Of a DNA stretch of 64,000 bases, positions 17,302 through 25,365 are shown piece after piece. This stretch comes from Rhodoferax sp. (GTDB taxonomy: Bacteria; Pseudomonadota; Gammaproteobacteria; Burkholderiales; Burkholderiaceae_C), in NCBI GenBank assembly GCA_021738345.1, contig JAIPCE010000001.1, positions 3,596-67,595 of the forward strand, read 5' to 3'. Position 1 is the first letter of the stretch, and every line of letters starts with the position of its first letter. A program made the translations under genes and the position numbers. The notes beneath the pieces were generated by a model. It was not told where the DNA came from and searched no databases. It was given only the letters and a program-made list of their open reading frames with translations.

Positions 17302-17551
17302 GTGCTTGGCGATTAAATCGTTGCCACACACTGTCCCACTTACTGTGCTGTGTTTGCACTTCCCAATGGGCAGTGGGTCAATCAAAAAACTTAACCAGCC
17401 AGAGCGCAGGTTCGGGAATCTAAAGCATTTACCTGGGGTCAGGGTCGTTTTGAAGAACATGGTTGTATCCTTCTACGCACCATCGTACAACCGCAATCCA
17501 TCGCTTGCGATTTGGATAGCAAAGATTGTTTTCATCCAGACTCACGCCATA

Positions 17552-18694
17552 ATGCACACCACCCGATTCGCTCGACTTGCCGTGCCCTTGCTCACCTCTC
17601 GCTTTCTACTGGCTCGTCGTCATCTTTTAAGCCTTTGGGTCGCGTCGGCATTGGGAAACCAGTCCGCATTTGCATTAGCCAAAAAACGATTGGAGTTTCC
17701 GAGAGACCATGGCGCCCATCCCGAATTCAGCACCGAATGGTGGTACCTCACAGGTTTTATCAATACCGCAGTGCAGGAGGCTGCATTTGGCTTTCAGGTG
17801 ACCTTTTTCCGTAGCCGAGTTCCCCAAGCACAGGCACTGAAATCCGATCTGGCAGCCAGGCAACTGGTCTTTGCCCACGCCGCCGTAACCGATGTCGCAA
17901 GTGAAAAGCTATGGCATGACCAACGCATCGCCCGTTCCTCGGGCGCGGAACCGGGCCACAACCCGGCAGACCTGGCATCTTGCAGCACCAAGGATATGTC
18001 GGTGGTGCTCAAAAACTGGACTTTGAAACGCAACGACCACACGCTAAGCACCCGCGTGGTCAATGATGTGTTTTCGCTGGACCTGACTGCAACCATGGGG
18101 CAATCGCTCCTTGCGCACGGAGACCAGGGTCTCTCACGCAAGGGGCCAGATCCTGCACAGGCAAGTTACTACTACAGTTTGCCGCAACTTCAGGTTCATG
18201 GCGACCTGAGTTTAAAGGGACGAAAAATCAAAGTCGAGACCGGCAGCGCGGCCTGGTTGGACCACGAGTGGAGCCAGGAGATGCTGCATCCGCAGGCCGT
18301 AGGTTGGGATTGGATTGGTTTAAACTTGGACGACGGCAACGCTTTGATGGCATTTCGACTACGCGACGAAAGCGGTGCGGCCCTCTGGGGTGGAGCAACT
18401 TTCCGCGATGGTGCCAGTCTGCGCACCTTCGAGCAAGACGAGGTCGATTTCAAGCCGCTGCGTACCTGGAGAAGCCCTGCGAGCCGGGCAATTTATCCAG
18501 TGGAGTGGGCCGTGACAACCCCAGCAGGCTCTTATACCGTTCGGTCGCTAGTCGACAACCAAGAACTGGATAGTCGCTCCTCTACCGGCGCAATTTACTG
18601 GGAGGGATTGTGCGATGTATTGAACCCCCTGCATGTCAGGGTTGGCCGCGGTTATCTGGAAATGACCGGCTATTCGGCTCCTATTCGGATGTAA
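17552..18694 (+). CDS. AttH/CrtC-like (carotenoid 1,2-hydratase family) lipocalin-fold protein, probable Tat substrate
   Basis: FPRDHGAHPEFSTEWWYLTG, SYYYSLPQL, AWLDHEWS, GWDWIGLNL, YWEG, GYLEMTGY; ARRHLL twin-arginine-like motif. Start uncertain. Confidence 0.85.
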   Translation: MHTTRFARLAVPLLTSRFLLARRHLLSLWVASALGNQSAFALAKKRLEFPRDHGAHPEFSTEWWYLTGFINTAVQEAAFGFQVTFFRSRVPQAQALKSDLAARQLVFAHAAVTDVASEKLWHDQRIARSSGAEPGHNPADLASCSTKDMSVVLKNWTLKRNDHTLSTRVVNDVFSLDLTATMGQSLLAHGDQGLSRKGPDPAQASYYYSLPQLQVHGDLSLKGRKIKVETGSAAWLDHEWSQEMLHPQAVGWDWIGLNLDDGNALMAFRLRDESGAALWGGATFRDGASLRTFEQDEVDFKPLRTWRSPASRAIYPVEWAVTTPAGSYTVRSLVDNQELDSRSSTGAIYWEGLCDVLNPLHVRVGRGYLEMTGYSAPIRM

Positions 18695-18703
18695 ATCATA
18701 AGA

Positions 18704-20479
18704 ATGACCCCTGAACGTACTGTATCCCCTAGCCCCAAATCGCTGTCCGGGCTGCTGCCTTTTTTGCGTCCTTACCTCGGGCATATCGCACTGGCATTGG
18801 TCTTTCTGGTCATGGCCGCAGTCTCGACTCTGGCATTTCCGATCGCGTTACGCAGCTTGATCGACACCGGCTTGGTGAACCCTGACAAAGATGCGCAAGC
18901 GATGGCGATGCGCGAGCATTTTGCCGCGCTTTTTGGCGTGGCGGTGGCGCTTGGAGTGTTCTCGGCAGCGCGTTTTTACATGGTCAGTTGGCTCGGCGAA
19001 CGGGTCACGGCGGACCTGCGCAATGCGGTCTATAGCCATGTGCTGGAGCAAAGTCCTGAATTCTTCGAAACCACTCAGACCGGTGAAGTGCTGTCACGGC
19101 TTAGCGCCGACACAACACTGGTTCAAACAGTGGTGGGCTCATCGCTCAGTATGGGCCTGCGAAATGCGGTGATGGGACTGGGCGCGCTTGGCATACTCGT
19201 TTGGACCAATCCCTATGTCATGCTGCAGGTCTTGGTCGTGTTGGTGTTGGTAGTTGTCCCCAGCCTTTGGTTTGGACGGCGGGTCCGCAAGCTGTCGCGT
19301 GCCAGTCAGGACCGCATCGCCGATTCCAGTTCGATCGCGGCAGAGGTGCTCAATGCAATCCCCGTCGTCCAAAGTTACACGGCAGAGACCCGCGAGGCCC
19401 AGAGGTACATTGCATCGACCAATGCAGCCTTCGAAACGGCGGTGCGCAGAACCAAGGCGCGCTCGCTGTTGGTTGCGTTCATCATCATTGCGACTTCAGC
19501 AGCCCTTGTGTGGGGCTTGTACCAGGGTACGCAAGCGGTGGCAGCTGGTCGAATCAGCGCCGGGCACTTGGGTCAAACCGTGGTTTACGTGATTATTCTT
19601 GCGAGCGCTTTTGCCATTTTGGGCGAGGTATATGGCGACTTGCTGCGTGCCGCCGGCGCTACCGAACGTCTGATAGAGCTGCTCAATACGCAGTCACCAA
19701 TTGTTTCGCCAACGCTGCCCACGCTGGCTCCATTGCCAAAGGCTGGTAGCACCGTAACATTTTCCAACATCGGCTTTCGCTACCCTTCCCGTCCGTTACA
19801 ACCCGCCTTGTCCGACTTTTCTTTGCATATTGATTCGGGCCAGACGGTGGCGATCGTTGGACCAAGTGGTGCGGGGAAGAGTACCATCTTTCAGCTTTTG
19901 CTTCGCTTTTACGATCCACAAGAGGGCACCATCGAGCTTGATGGCGTGCAAACACGTGCTCTGTCACTAGACGCACTGCGGCAACGTATTGGTATCGTGC
20001 CGCAGGATGCGGTCATTTTCTCCACCAGTGCCATCGAAAATATACGCTATGGTAGACCCGATGCATCTAACGCAGAAGTCTTCCTTGCTGCAAAGGCCGC
20101 GTTTGCACACGCCTTTGTCACTGCCCTTCCAGAGGGCTACAACACTTTTCTGGGCGAGCGCGGACTGCGCCTGTCAGGTGGGCAACGCCAGCGAATCGCC
20201 ATCGCCCGTGCGATGCTAAAAAACCCTCCACTGCTGCTGCTTGATGAGGCGACCAGTGCATTGGACGCGGAAAGCGAGCGAATGGTACAAGCGGCACTAG
20301 AGTCCGCGATGCGAGGCCGAACCACTTTGGTGATTGCGCACCGTCTGGCGACCGTACAAAAGGCCGATCAGATTGTGGTTCTGGACCACGGTCACCTAGT
20401 GGAAAGCGGCACCCACGCCGAACTGGTTGCCCGTGGCGGTGTTTATGCCGGCCTCGCTGCCCTGCAATTTAATGCCTAA
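18704..20479 (+). CDS. ABC exporter, fused TMD-NBD (MsbA/AbcB-like)
   Basis: Six TMs, GPSGAGKST, LSGGQRQR, LLLLDEATSALD, IAHRL. Confidence 0.93.
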   Translation: MTPERTVSPSPKSLSGLLPFLRPYLGHIALALVFLVMAAVSTLAFPIALRSLIDTGLVNPDKDAQAMAMREHFAALFGVAVALGVFSAARFYMVSWLGERVTADLRNAVYSHVLEQSPEFFETTQTGEVLSRLSADTTLVQTVVGSSLSMGLRNAVMGLGALGILVWTNPYVMLQVLVVLVLVVVPSLWFGRRVRKLSRASQDRIADSSSIAAEVLNAIPVVQSYTAETREAQRYIASTNAAFETAVRRTKARSLLVAFIIIATSAALVWGLYQGTQAVAAGRISAGHLGQTVVYVIILASAFAILGEVYGDLLRAAGATERLIELLNTQSPIVSPTLPTLAPLPKAGSTVTFSNIGFRYPSRPLQPALSDFSLHIDSGQTVAIVGPSGAGKSTIFQLLLRFYDPQEGTIELDGVQTRALSLDALRQRIGIVPQDAVIFSTSAIENIRYGRPDASNAEVFLAAKAAFAHAFVTALPEGYNTFLGERGLRLSGGQRQRIAIARAMLKNPPLLLLDEATSALDAESERMVQAALESAMRGRTTLVIAHRLATVQKADQIVVLDHGHLVESGTHAELVARGGVYAGLAALQFNA

Positions 20480-20539
20480 GGGATTGCGAAAATAGCTGAT
20501 GACCAAAGACACTACACGACGATGTCCGACGAATGGCTA

Positions 20540-20568
20540 TTGAAAACGATGTTCCCAGCTCCTAAAAT
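20540..20568 (+). promoter_or_regulatory. Sigma70-type promoter for the small-protein pair
   Basis: TTGAAA (20540-20545), 17 bp spacer, TAAAAT (20563-20568); AGGAG RBS at 20585-20589. Confidence 0.7.
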
Positions 20569-20595
20569 GCAAATAATACAATTCAGGAGTTCAGT

Positions 20596-20787
20596 ATGGA
20601 CGTTTCCCGCAGTAACCAGTATGCTGTGCAATCCACAGCAGCCCCAAAACGGGTGAATCAAACCCAGCAACGTGAACCAACACCGGTTCCCCAGGATCAG
20701 CCAAAGAAGCTGGCTGAGTTCAACGCGCGCCCTACAGTGAATTCCCAAGGCCAGACGACAGGAAGACTCCTCAATGTGAAGGCTTGA
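20596..20787 (+). CDS. Small hypothetical protein (63 aa) ending in PTVNSQGQTTGRLLNVKA
   Basis: Promoter, RBS, and a C-terminal motif shared with the next ORF. Confidence 0.75.
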   Translation: MDVSRSNQYAVQSTAAPKRVNQTQQREPTPVPQDQPKKLAEFNARPTVNSQGQTTGRLLNVKA

Positions 20788-20815
20788 TACATTCTTTGCG
20801 CTTGGACGATCTGCC

Positions 20816-21220
20816 ATGGTAGCGATCACTGCAACCAATAGCGCCACCGTCTCGCTGCAGCTTACCCTGAACAAGGCGCGGCTGCAGCAAGCGCAGCGTG
20901 AGGCAGATCGGGCGGAAAACACCGCCCAGCAATTGCGCGAGCAGGCCGACCAAGCCGAGCAGGAAGCGGTTCAAAGTCGAGACACTGTTCGAAAAGTCGC
21001 TGCCAACAACCGCCTGCAGAACCCGATCTACACCTCTCCGGCGAGTTCAAACAGCGCCGAAACCCCGGTAAAAGTTCAGAACTTCATTGAAAATCTGTAC
21101 CGTTCTACGCGTCAACAGCGCGAACAAAGTGGCAACACCCTGAAAGACGATGAAACCGCATCGCCCATCGTCAATCCACAGGGTCAGTCAACAGGTCGGG
21201 TACTCAATATACGGGTTTAG
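20816..21220 (+). CDS. Hypothetical coiled-coil protein (134 aa) ending in PIVNPQGQSTGRVLNIRV
   Basis: Q/E/A-rich helical segment; C-terminal motif shared with the upstream ORF. Confidence 0.8.
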   Translation: MVAITATNSATVSLQLTLNKARLQQAQREADRAENTAQQLREQADQAEQEAVQSRDTVRKVAANNRLQNPIYTSPASSNSAETPVKVQNFIENLYRSTRQQREQSGNTLKDDETASPIVNPQGQSTGRVLNIRV

Positions 21221-21300
21221 GACTGGCCAAGCAATAACATGCACATTTAACGCGCCGCCGTTTGGCGCATTTTTTCGTCGCAGACCATTCCTCCACCCGT

Positions 21301-21750
21301 TTATTGCAACGTTCCTTTGAGCGCCTCTGGCAACAGAAGCGGCAAGACTTCAATACCCTCGTCCAACAGCGTCATGGTCTCTTCGCGCGTTGCAGTGCCG
21401 CGAATACTCCGTGTCTGCGTCTCTTGATAGTGCATCTTCCTTGCCTCTTGCGCAAACCGGGTTCCCACATCGGTAGTACTTGCCAATACCTGCCGGGTAA
21501 GATCCAACCAGTCCAACAGCAGTTGCTTTCCCTCACCCGCATTGCTCGCCAAGGGCTGGACAGGTTCATGATTTGAATCAGATTTTGAGAACTTCAGACG
21601 AGGAACACTCAATCGCTTGCTGATCGACGGATCAGCGCAGGCAGGACACTGAATCAGACCGCCACGTTGTTGCGCCAAATAGTCGTCTTCGCCGCCAAAC
21701 CAGCCTTCGAAGACATGTCCATTACCACATTGAAGATCCAGAACTTTCAT
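21301..21750 (-). CDS. DUF1178 family zinc-ribbon protein
   Basis: MKVLDLQCGNGHVFEGWF, CPACAD, DVGTRFAQEARKMHY, IRGTAT, LLDEGIEV; ATGA-coupled to the NUDIX gene. Confidence 0.85.
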   Translation of the reverse strand: MKVLDLQCGNGHVFEGWFGGEDDYLAQQRGGLIQCPACADPSISKRLSVPRLKFSKSDSNHEPVQPLASNAGEGKQLLLDWLDLTRQVLASTTDVGTRFAQEARKMHYQETQTRSIRGTATREETMTLLDEGIEVLPLLLPEALKGTLQ

Positions 21751-22358
21751 GAAGAGACTGCACCTCGCATCACTTCGGTAGACTTCCAGTCGAGCTGCCA
21801 GGTCCCACAAAGGACATTGTGAAGCCATAGCGCACCGCTCAATGTCTTGCCGTCAGTGACCGCCCCCGAATAACACCATTCAAGCAACTCAACAGGACTT
21901 GCCACAAAAACGTCCAAAAACTCGCCGCCATCAAGTTGTCGCGGGCCAAGCGTCAGATGACGTGCAAACCAAATGTCAATTACTTCGGTTGAATAGGCAA
22001 TGAGGGGATGAATGATTCCGGCGTGCGCCCATTCATCTGCAACAAACCCGGTTTCTTCACGCAGTTCACGTTGCGCACACTCCCAACGTGACTCACCTGG
22101 ATCCAGTTTTCCGGCAGGAAACTCGATCATGACACGACCCACGGGATAACGAAATTGCCGTTCCATGACGATGCTACATGGTCCGTCGTCATTTTGCAGC
22201 AGCGCAATCACCATGACTGCACCTGGGTGCACAACATACTCACGCACCGCGGAGTTGCCATCGGGCAAGGCAACCGTATCGCTAAAGGCGTGCAATAATT
22301 GTCCCCTGAACAGCTCCCGATGTGACTTCTGAACCTCGACCAGATGCCGGTCACTCAT
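21747..22358 (-). CDS. NUDIX hydrolase (ADP-ribose pyrophosphatase-like)
   Basis: Nudix box GKLDPGESRWECAQRELREETGF; REYVVHPGAV, RQFRYP. Confidence 0.9.
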   Translation of the reverse strand: MSDRHLVEVQKSHRELFRGQLLHAFSDTVALPDGNSAVREYVVHPGAVMVIALLQNDDGPCSIVMERQFRYPVGRVMIEFPAGKLDPGESRWECAQRELREETGFVADEWAHAGIIHPLIAYSTEVIDIWFARHLTLGPRQLDGGEFLDVFVASPVELLEWCYSGAVTDGKTLSGALWLHNVLCGTWQLDWKSTEVMRGAVSS

Positions 22359-22364
22359 AAAACC

Positions 22365-23855
22365 TCAGGTACCCAACATCTGACGAATTGCATTGCCACA
22401 CAGCGCCATCAAGCTGCTGGGAAGTAAGCCGAGAATCAGCACCAAGGCGCCATTGGCACACAAGACAACACGAACATCCAGTGGTGCAACTACGCTGCTA
22501 ACAGTAATGGGTGCATCAAAATACATGACCTTGATAAGACGCAAATAATAGAAGGCGCCAATCAAAGACATGAGTACCGCAAAAATTGCCAAACCCAGAT
22601 AGATACTCTGACCAGAAGCAATCAAAGCCTGCAAAACTGCTAATTTGGCATAGAAACCAACCATCGGTGGAATACCCGCCAATGACAGCAGGCACACCGC
22701 CATCACACCTGCATACAGCGGGCTTCTAGTATTGAGACCAGCGAAATCTGAAATCTCCTCACTTTCAAAACCCTCTCGCGCCAACAGCATGATCACGCCA
22801 AAGCTCGCCAGTGTAGTAAGAACGTAACTGATCACATAAAACATGGCAGAACTGTAGGCATTCGCAGCAAAAGGCAAGGCGTTTCCGTTCACCACCCCCG
22901 ACATGACACCCAACAATACAAAACCAATCTGAGAGATCGTCGAGAACGCCAACATGCGTTTCACGTTGGTCTGCGCGATTGCCGCCAAGTTACCCACAAA
23001 TAAGGACGCAATCGCCAGCACCATCACCATCTGCTGCCAATCAAACGCCAAGGGCAACATGCCCTCCACCAACAGCCGCATCACGACCGCAAAGGCAGCA
23101 AGCTTTGGCGCGCCACCCACCATCAGAGTGACCGCCGTTGGTGCACCCTGGTACACATCAGGAATCCACATGTGGAAAGGAACAGCACCTAGCTTGAATG
23201 CAAGCCCAGCCACAATGAAAACCAGACCAAACACCAGAACCTGATGCCTGAGTTGGCCCGATGCAATAGCCTTAAAGACAGCATTTATATCCAGTGAGCC
23301 AGTCGCTCCATACATCATCGACATTCCATACAGAAGGAAACCTGATGCCATGGCACCCAAAACAAAATACTTCATCGCTGCTTCGGTTGCGGCGGCATGG
23401 TCGCGTCGAAGCGCTACCAATGCATAACTTGACAAGGTCAACAACTCAAGACCCAGATAAATCACCAAAAAGTTATTGCCCGAAATCATGACGAACATGC
23501 CAAGCAAGGAGAATATGCCAAGGGTGAAAAATTCACCCCCGCGCAACATATCCCGAGAGGCTGCGTAGGGACGACCGTATACCATCGTTACCATAACCGC
23601 AATGGTCGCGAAAAATTTCAGCCAGTTTCCCATTGCATCACTGACTACCATATTTCCAAAACCGTAGTATGTCTCGCCACTCAGCGCCAAATCGCACTGC
23701 ATCCAGGCAACGACCGCCAGGGTCAGCATCGTCAGTGCATAAGTCAGCCCACGCAATGGGGTTTTCACGCCAAGATCAATCAGGGCGATCGCGCACGCCA
23801 TTACCATCAGCACGATTTCAGGATATGCCGTGATCCAACTGAGTTTGTCAATCAT
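22365..23855 (-). CDS. nuoN: NADH-quinone oxidoreductase subunit N
   Basis: EAAMKYFVLG, FKLGAVPFHMWIPDVYQGAP; position in operon. Confidence 0.97.
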   Translation of the reverse strand: MIDKLSWITAYPEIVLMVMACAIALIDLGVKTPLRGLTYALTMLTLAVVAWMQCDLALSGETYYGFGNMVVSDAMGNWLKFFATIAVMVTMVYGRPYAASRDMLRGGEFFTLGIFSLLGMFVMISGNNFLVIYLGLELLTLSSYALVALRRDHAAATEAAMKYFVLGAMASGFLLYGMSMMYGATGSLDINAVFKAIASGQLRHQVLVFGLVFIVAGLAFKLGAVPFHMWIPDVYQGAPTAVTLMVGGAPKLAAFAVVMRLLVEGMLPLAFDWQQMVMVLAIASLFVGNLAAIAQTNVKRMLAFSTISQIGFVLLGVMSGVVNGNALPFAANAYSSAMFYVISYVLTTLASFGVIMLLAREGFESEEISDFAGLNTRSPLYAGVMAVCLLSLAGIPPMVGFYAKLAVLQALIASGQSIYLGLAIFAVLMSLIGAFYYLRLIKVMYFDAPITVSSVVAPLDVRVVLCANGALVLILGLLPSSLMALCGNAIRQMLGT

Positions 23856-23877
23856 CTATTACCCCAATTCAGTTTGA

Positions 23878-25353
23878 TCAATTCAACTTTGAAATTGCTA
23901 CATGCTTCAGTAACTCTGTCACTGAAACGTCCATGACATCGGTAAATGGCTTGGGATACACCCCCATATAAAGTACCGCGGCCGCGAGCAATGCCATCAC
24001 CAAAAATTCTCTGCCGTTGATATCCACCAACTCCTTTACATGGTCGTTGGTGACGGGCCCCAAGTAAACGCGTTTGAACATCCATAAGGTATAGGCAGCA
24101 CCAAAAATCAGCGCGCTCGCAGCGGCAAATCCAATCCAGAAATTGAACTTTACCGCGCCGAGAATAACCATCCACTCACCCACAAATCCAGCCGTCCCCG
24201 GAAGACCACAGTTGGCCATCGCGAAAAAAAGCGCGAAGGCAGAGAACTTTGGCATGGTATTTACGACACCACCGTAGCTTGCAATCTCACGGGAATGCAC
24301 GCGGTCGTACAACACGCCGATCGACAGAAACATGGCCGCCGACACAAATCCATGCGAAATCATCTGGACGATGCCGCCAGACATGCCAAGTGAACTGAAA
24401 ATGAAGAAGCCGAGGGTCACAAAACCCATATGCGCTACGGACGAATATGCTACGAGTTTCTTCATGTCCTGCTGAACCAATGCGACGAGCCCAACATACA
24501 CCACAGCGACCAGTGACAAGGCAATCATCAACCATGCCCATTGATGGGTAGCGTCAGGGGCAATCGGCATCGAGAACCGCAAAAAACCATAAGCACCAAG
24601 CTTCAACATGATCGCTGCAAGGACGGCAGAGCCACCAGTAGGTGCCTCTACGTGCACGTCCGGAAGCCAAGTGTGCACGGGCCACATGGGCACTTTGACC
24701 GCAAAGGCCGCAAAGAATGCGAAGAACAAAAGGGTTTGCGCAGTCTGCCCCAATGGCAGCGCATGCCACACCGCCAGATCAAAGCTTCCACCAGAACTTG
24801 AATACAGATAAATCAAGGCCACCAGCATCAGCAAAGAACCTAACAAGGTGTACAAAAAGAACTTGAACGCCGCATAAATCTTGTTCGGACCGCCCCATAT
24901 ACCAATAATGAGATACATGGGAATCAAGGTAGCCTCAAAGAAGACATAAAAAAGTAAACCGTCCAAGGCACAGAACACACCGATCATCAAACCGCTCAAG
25001 ATGAGGAAAGCGGCCATGTACTGGCTCACGTTGCGCTTGATCACTTCCCAACCGGCAATAATCACCACCACATTGATGAAAGCAGTCAATAAGACAAACC
25101 ACAAGGATATGCCATCCACACCGAGGTGGTAATTGACATTGAAGCGCTCTATCCAGGAGGTTTTCTCAACAAATTGCATCGTCGCTGTCGACACATCAAA
25201 TTGCCCATACAACGGCAAAGTGACGAGGAAACTAACGACTGCACCAATCAAGGCCACCCATCGGACTGCAGGTGCCTGATCGTCACGGCCCAATGCCAAC
25301 AACACAATTCCGAACGCGATAGGTGTCCAGATTGCAAGGCTCAACATTCCCAT
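23878..25353 (-). CDS. nuoM: NADH-quinone oxidoreductase subunit M
   Basis: GVDGIS, KVPMWPVHTWLPDVHVEAPT, LKLGAYG. Confidence 0.97.
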   Translation of the reverse strand: MGMLSLAIWTPIAFGIVLLALGRDDQAPAVRWVALIGAVVSFLVTLPLYGQFDVSTATMQFVEKTSWIERFNVNYHLGVDGISLWFVLLTAFINVVVIIAGWEVIKRNVSQYMAAFLILSGLMIGVFCALDGLLFYVFFEATLIPMYLIIGIWGGPNKIYAAFKFFLYTLLGSLLMLVALIYLYSSSGGSFDLAVWHALPLGQTAQTLLFFAFFAAFAVKVPMWPVHTWLPDVHVEAPTGGSAVLAAIMLKLGAYGFLRFSMPIAPDATHQWAWLMIALSLVAVVYVGLVALVQQDMKKLVAYSSVAHMGFVTLGFFIFSSLGMSGGIVQMISHGFVSAAMFLSIGVLYDRVHSREIASYGGVVNTMPKFSAFALFFAMANCGLPGTAGFVGEWMVILGAVKFNFWIGFAAASALIFGAAYTLWMFKRVYLGPVTNDHVKELVDINGREFLVMALLAAAVLYMGVYPKPFTDVMDVSVTELLKHVAISKLN

Positions 25354-25365
25354 TTTTTTATTCTC

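Larger units (their letters stand above)
16591..17331. mobile_element. Putative 741 bp non-autonomous cassette bounded by 12 bp inverted repeats
   Basis: GTGTGTGGCAAC (16591-16602) and GTTGCCACACAC (17320-17331); no target duplication, no transposase. Confidence 0.4.
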
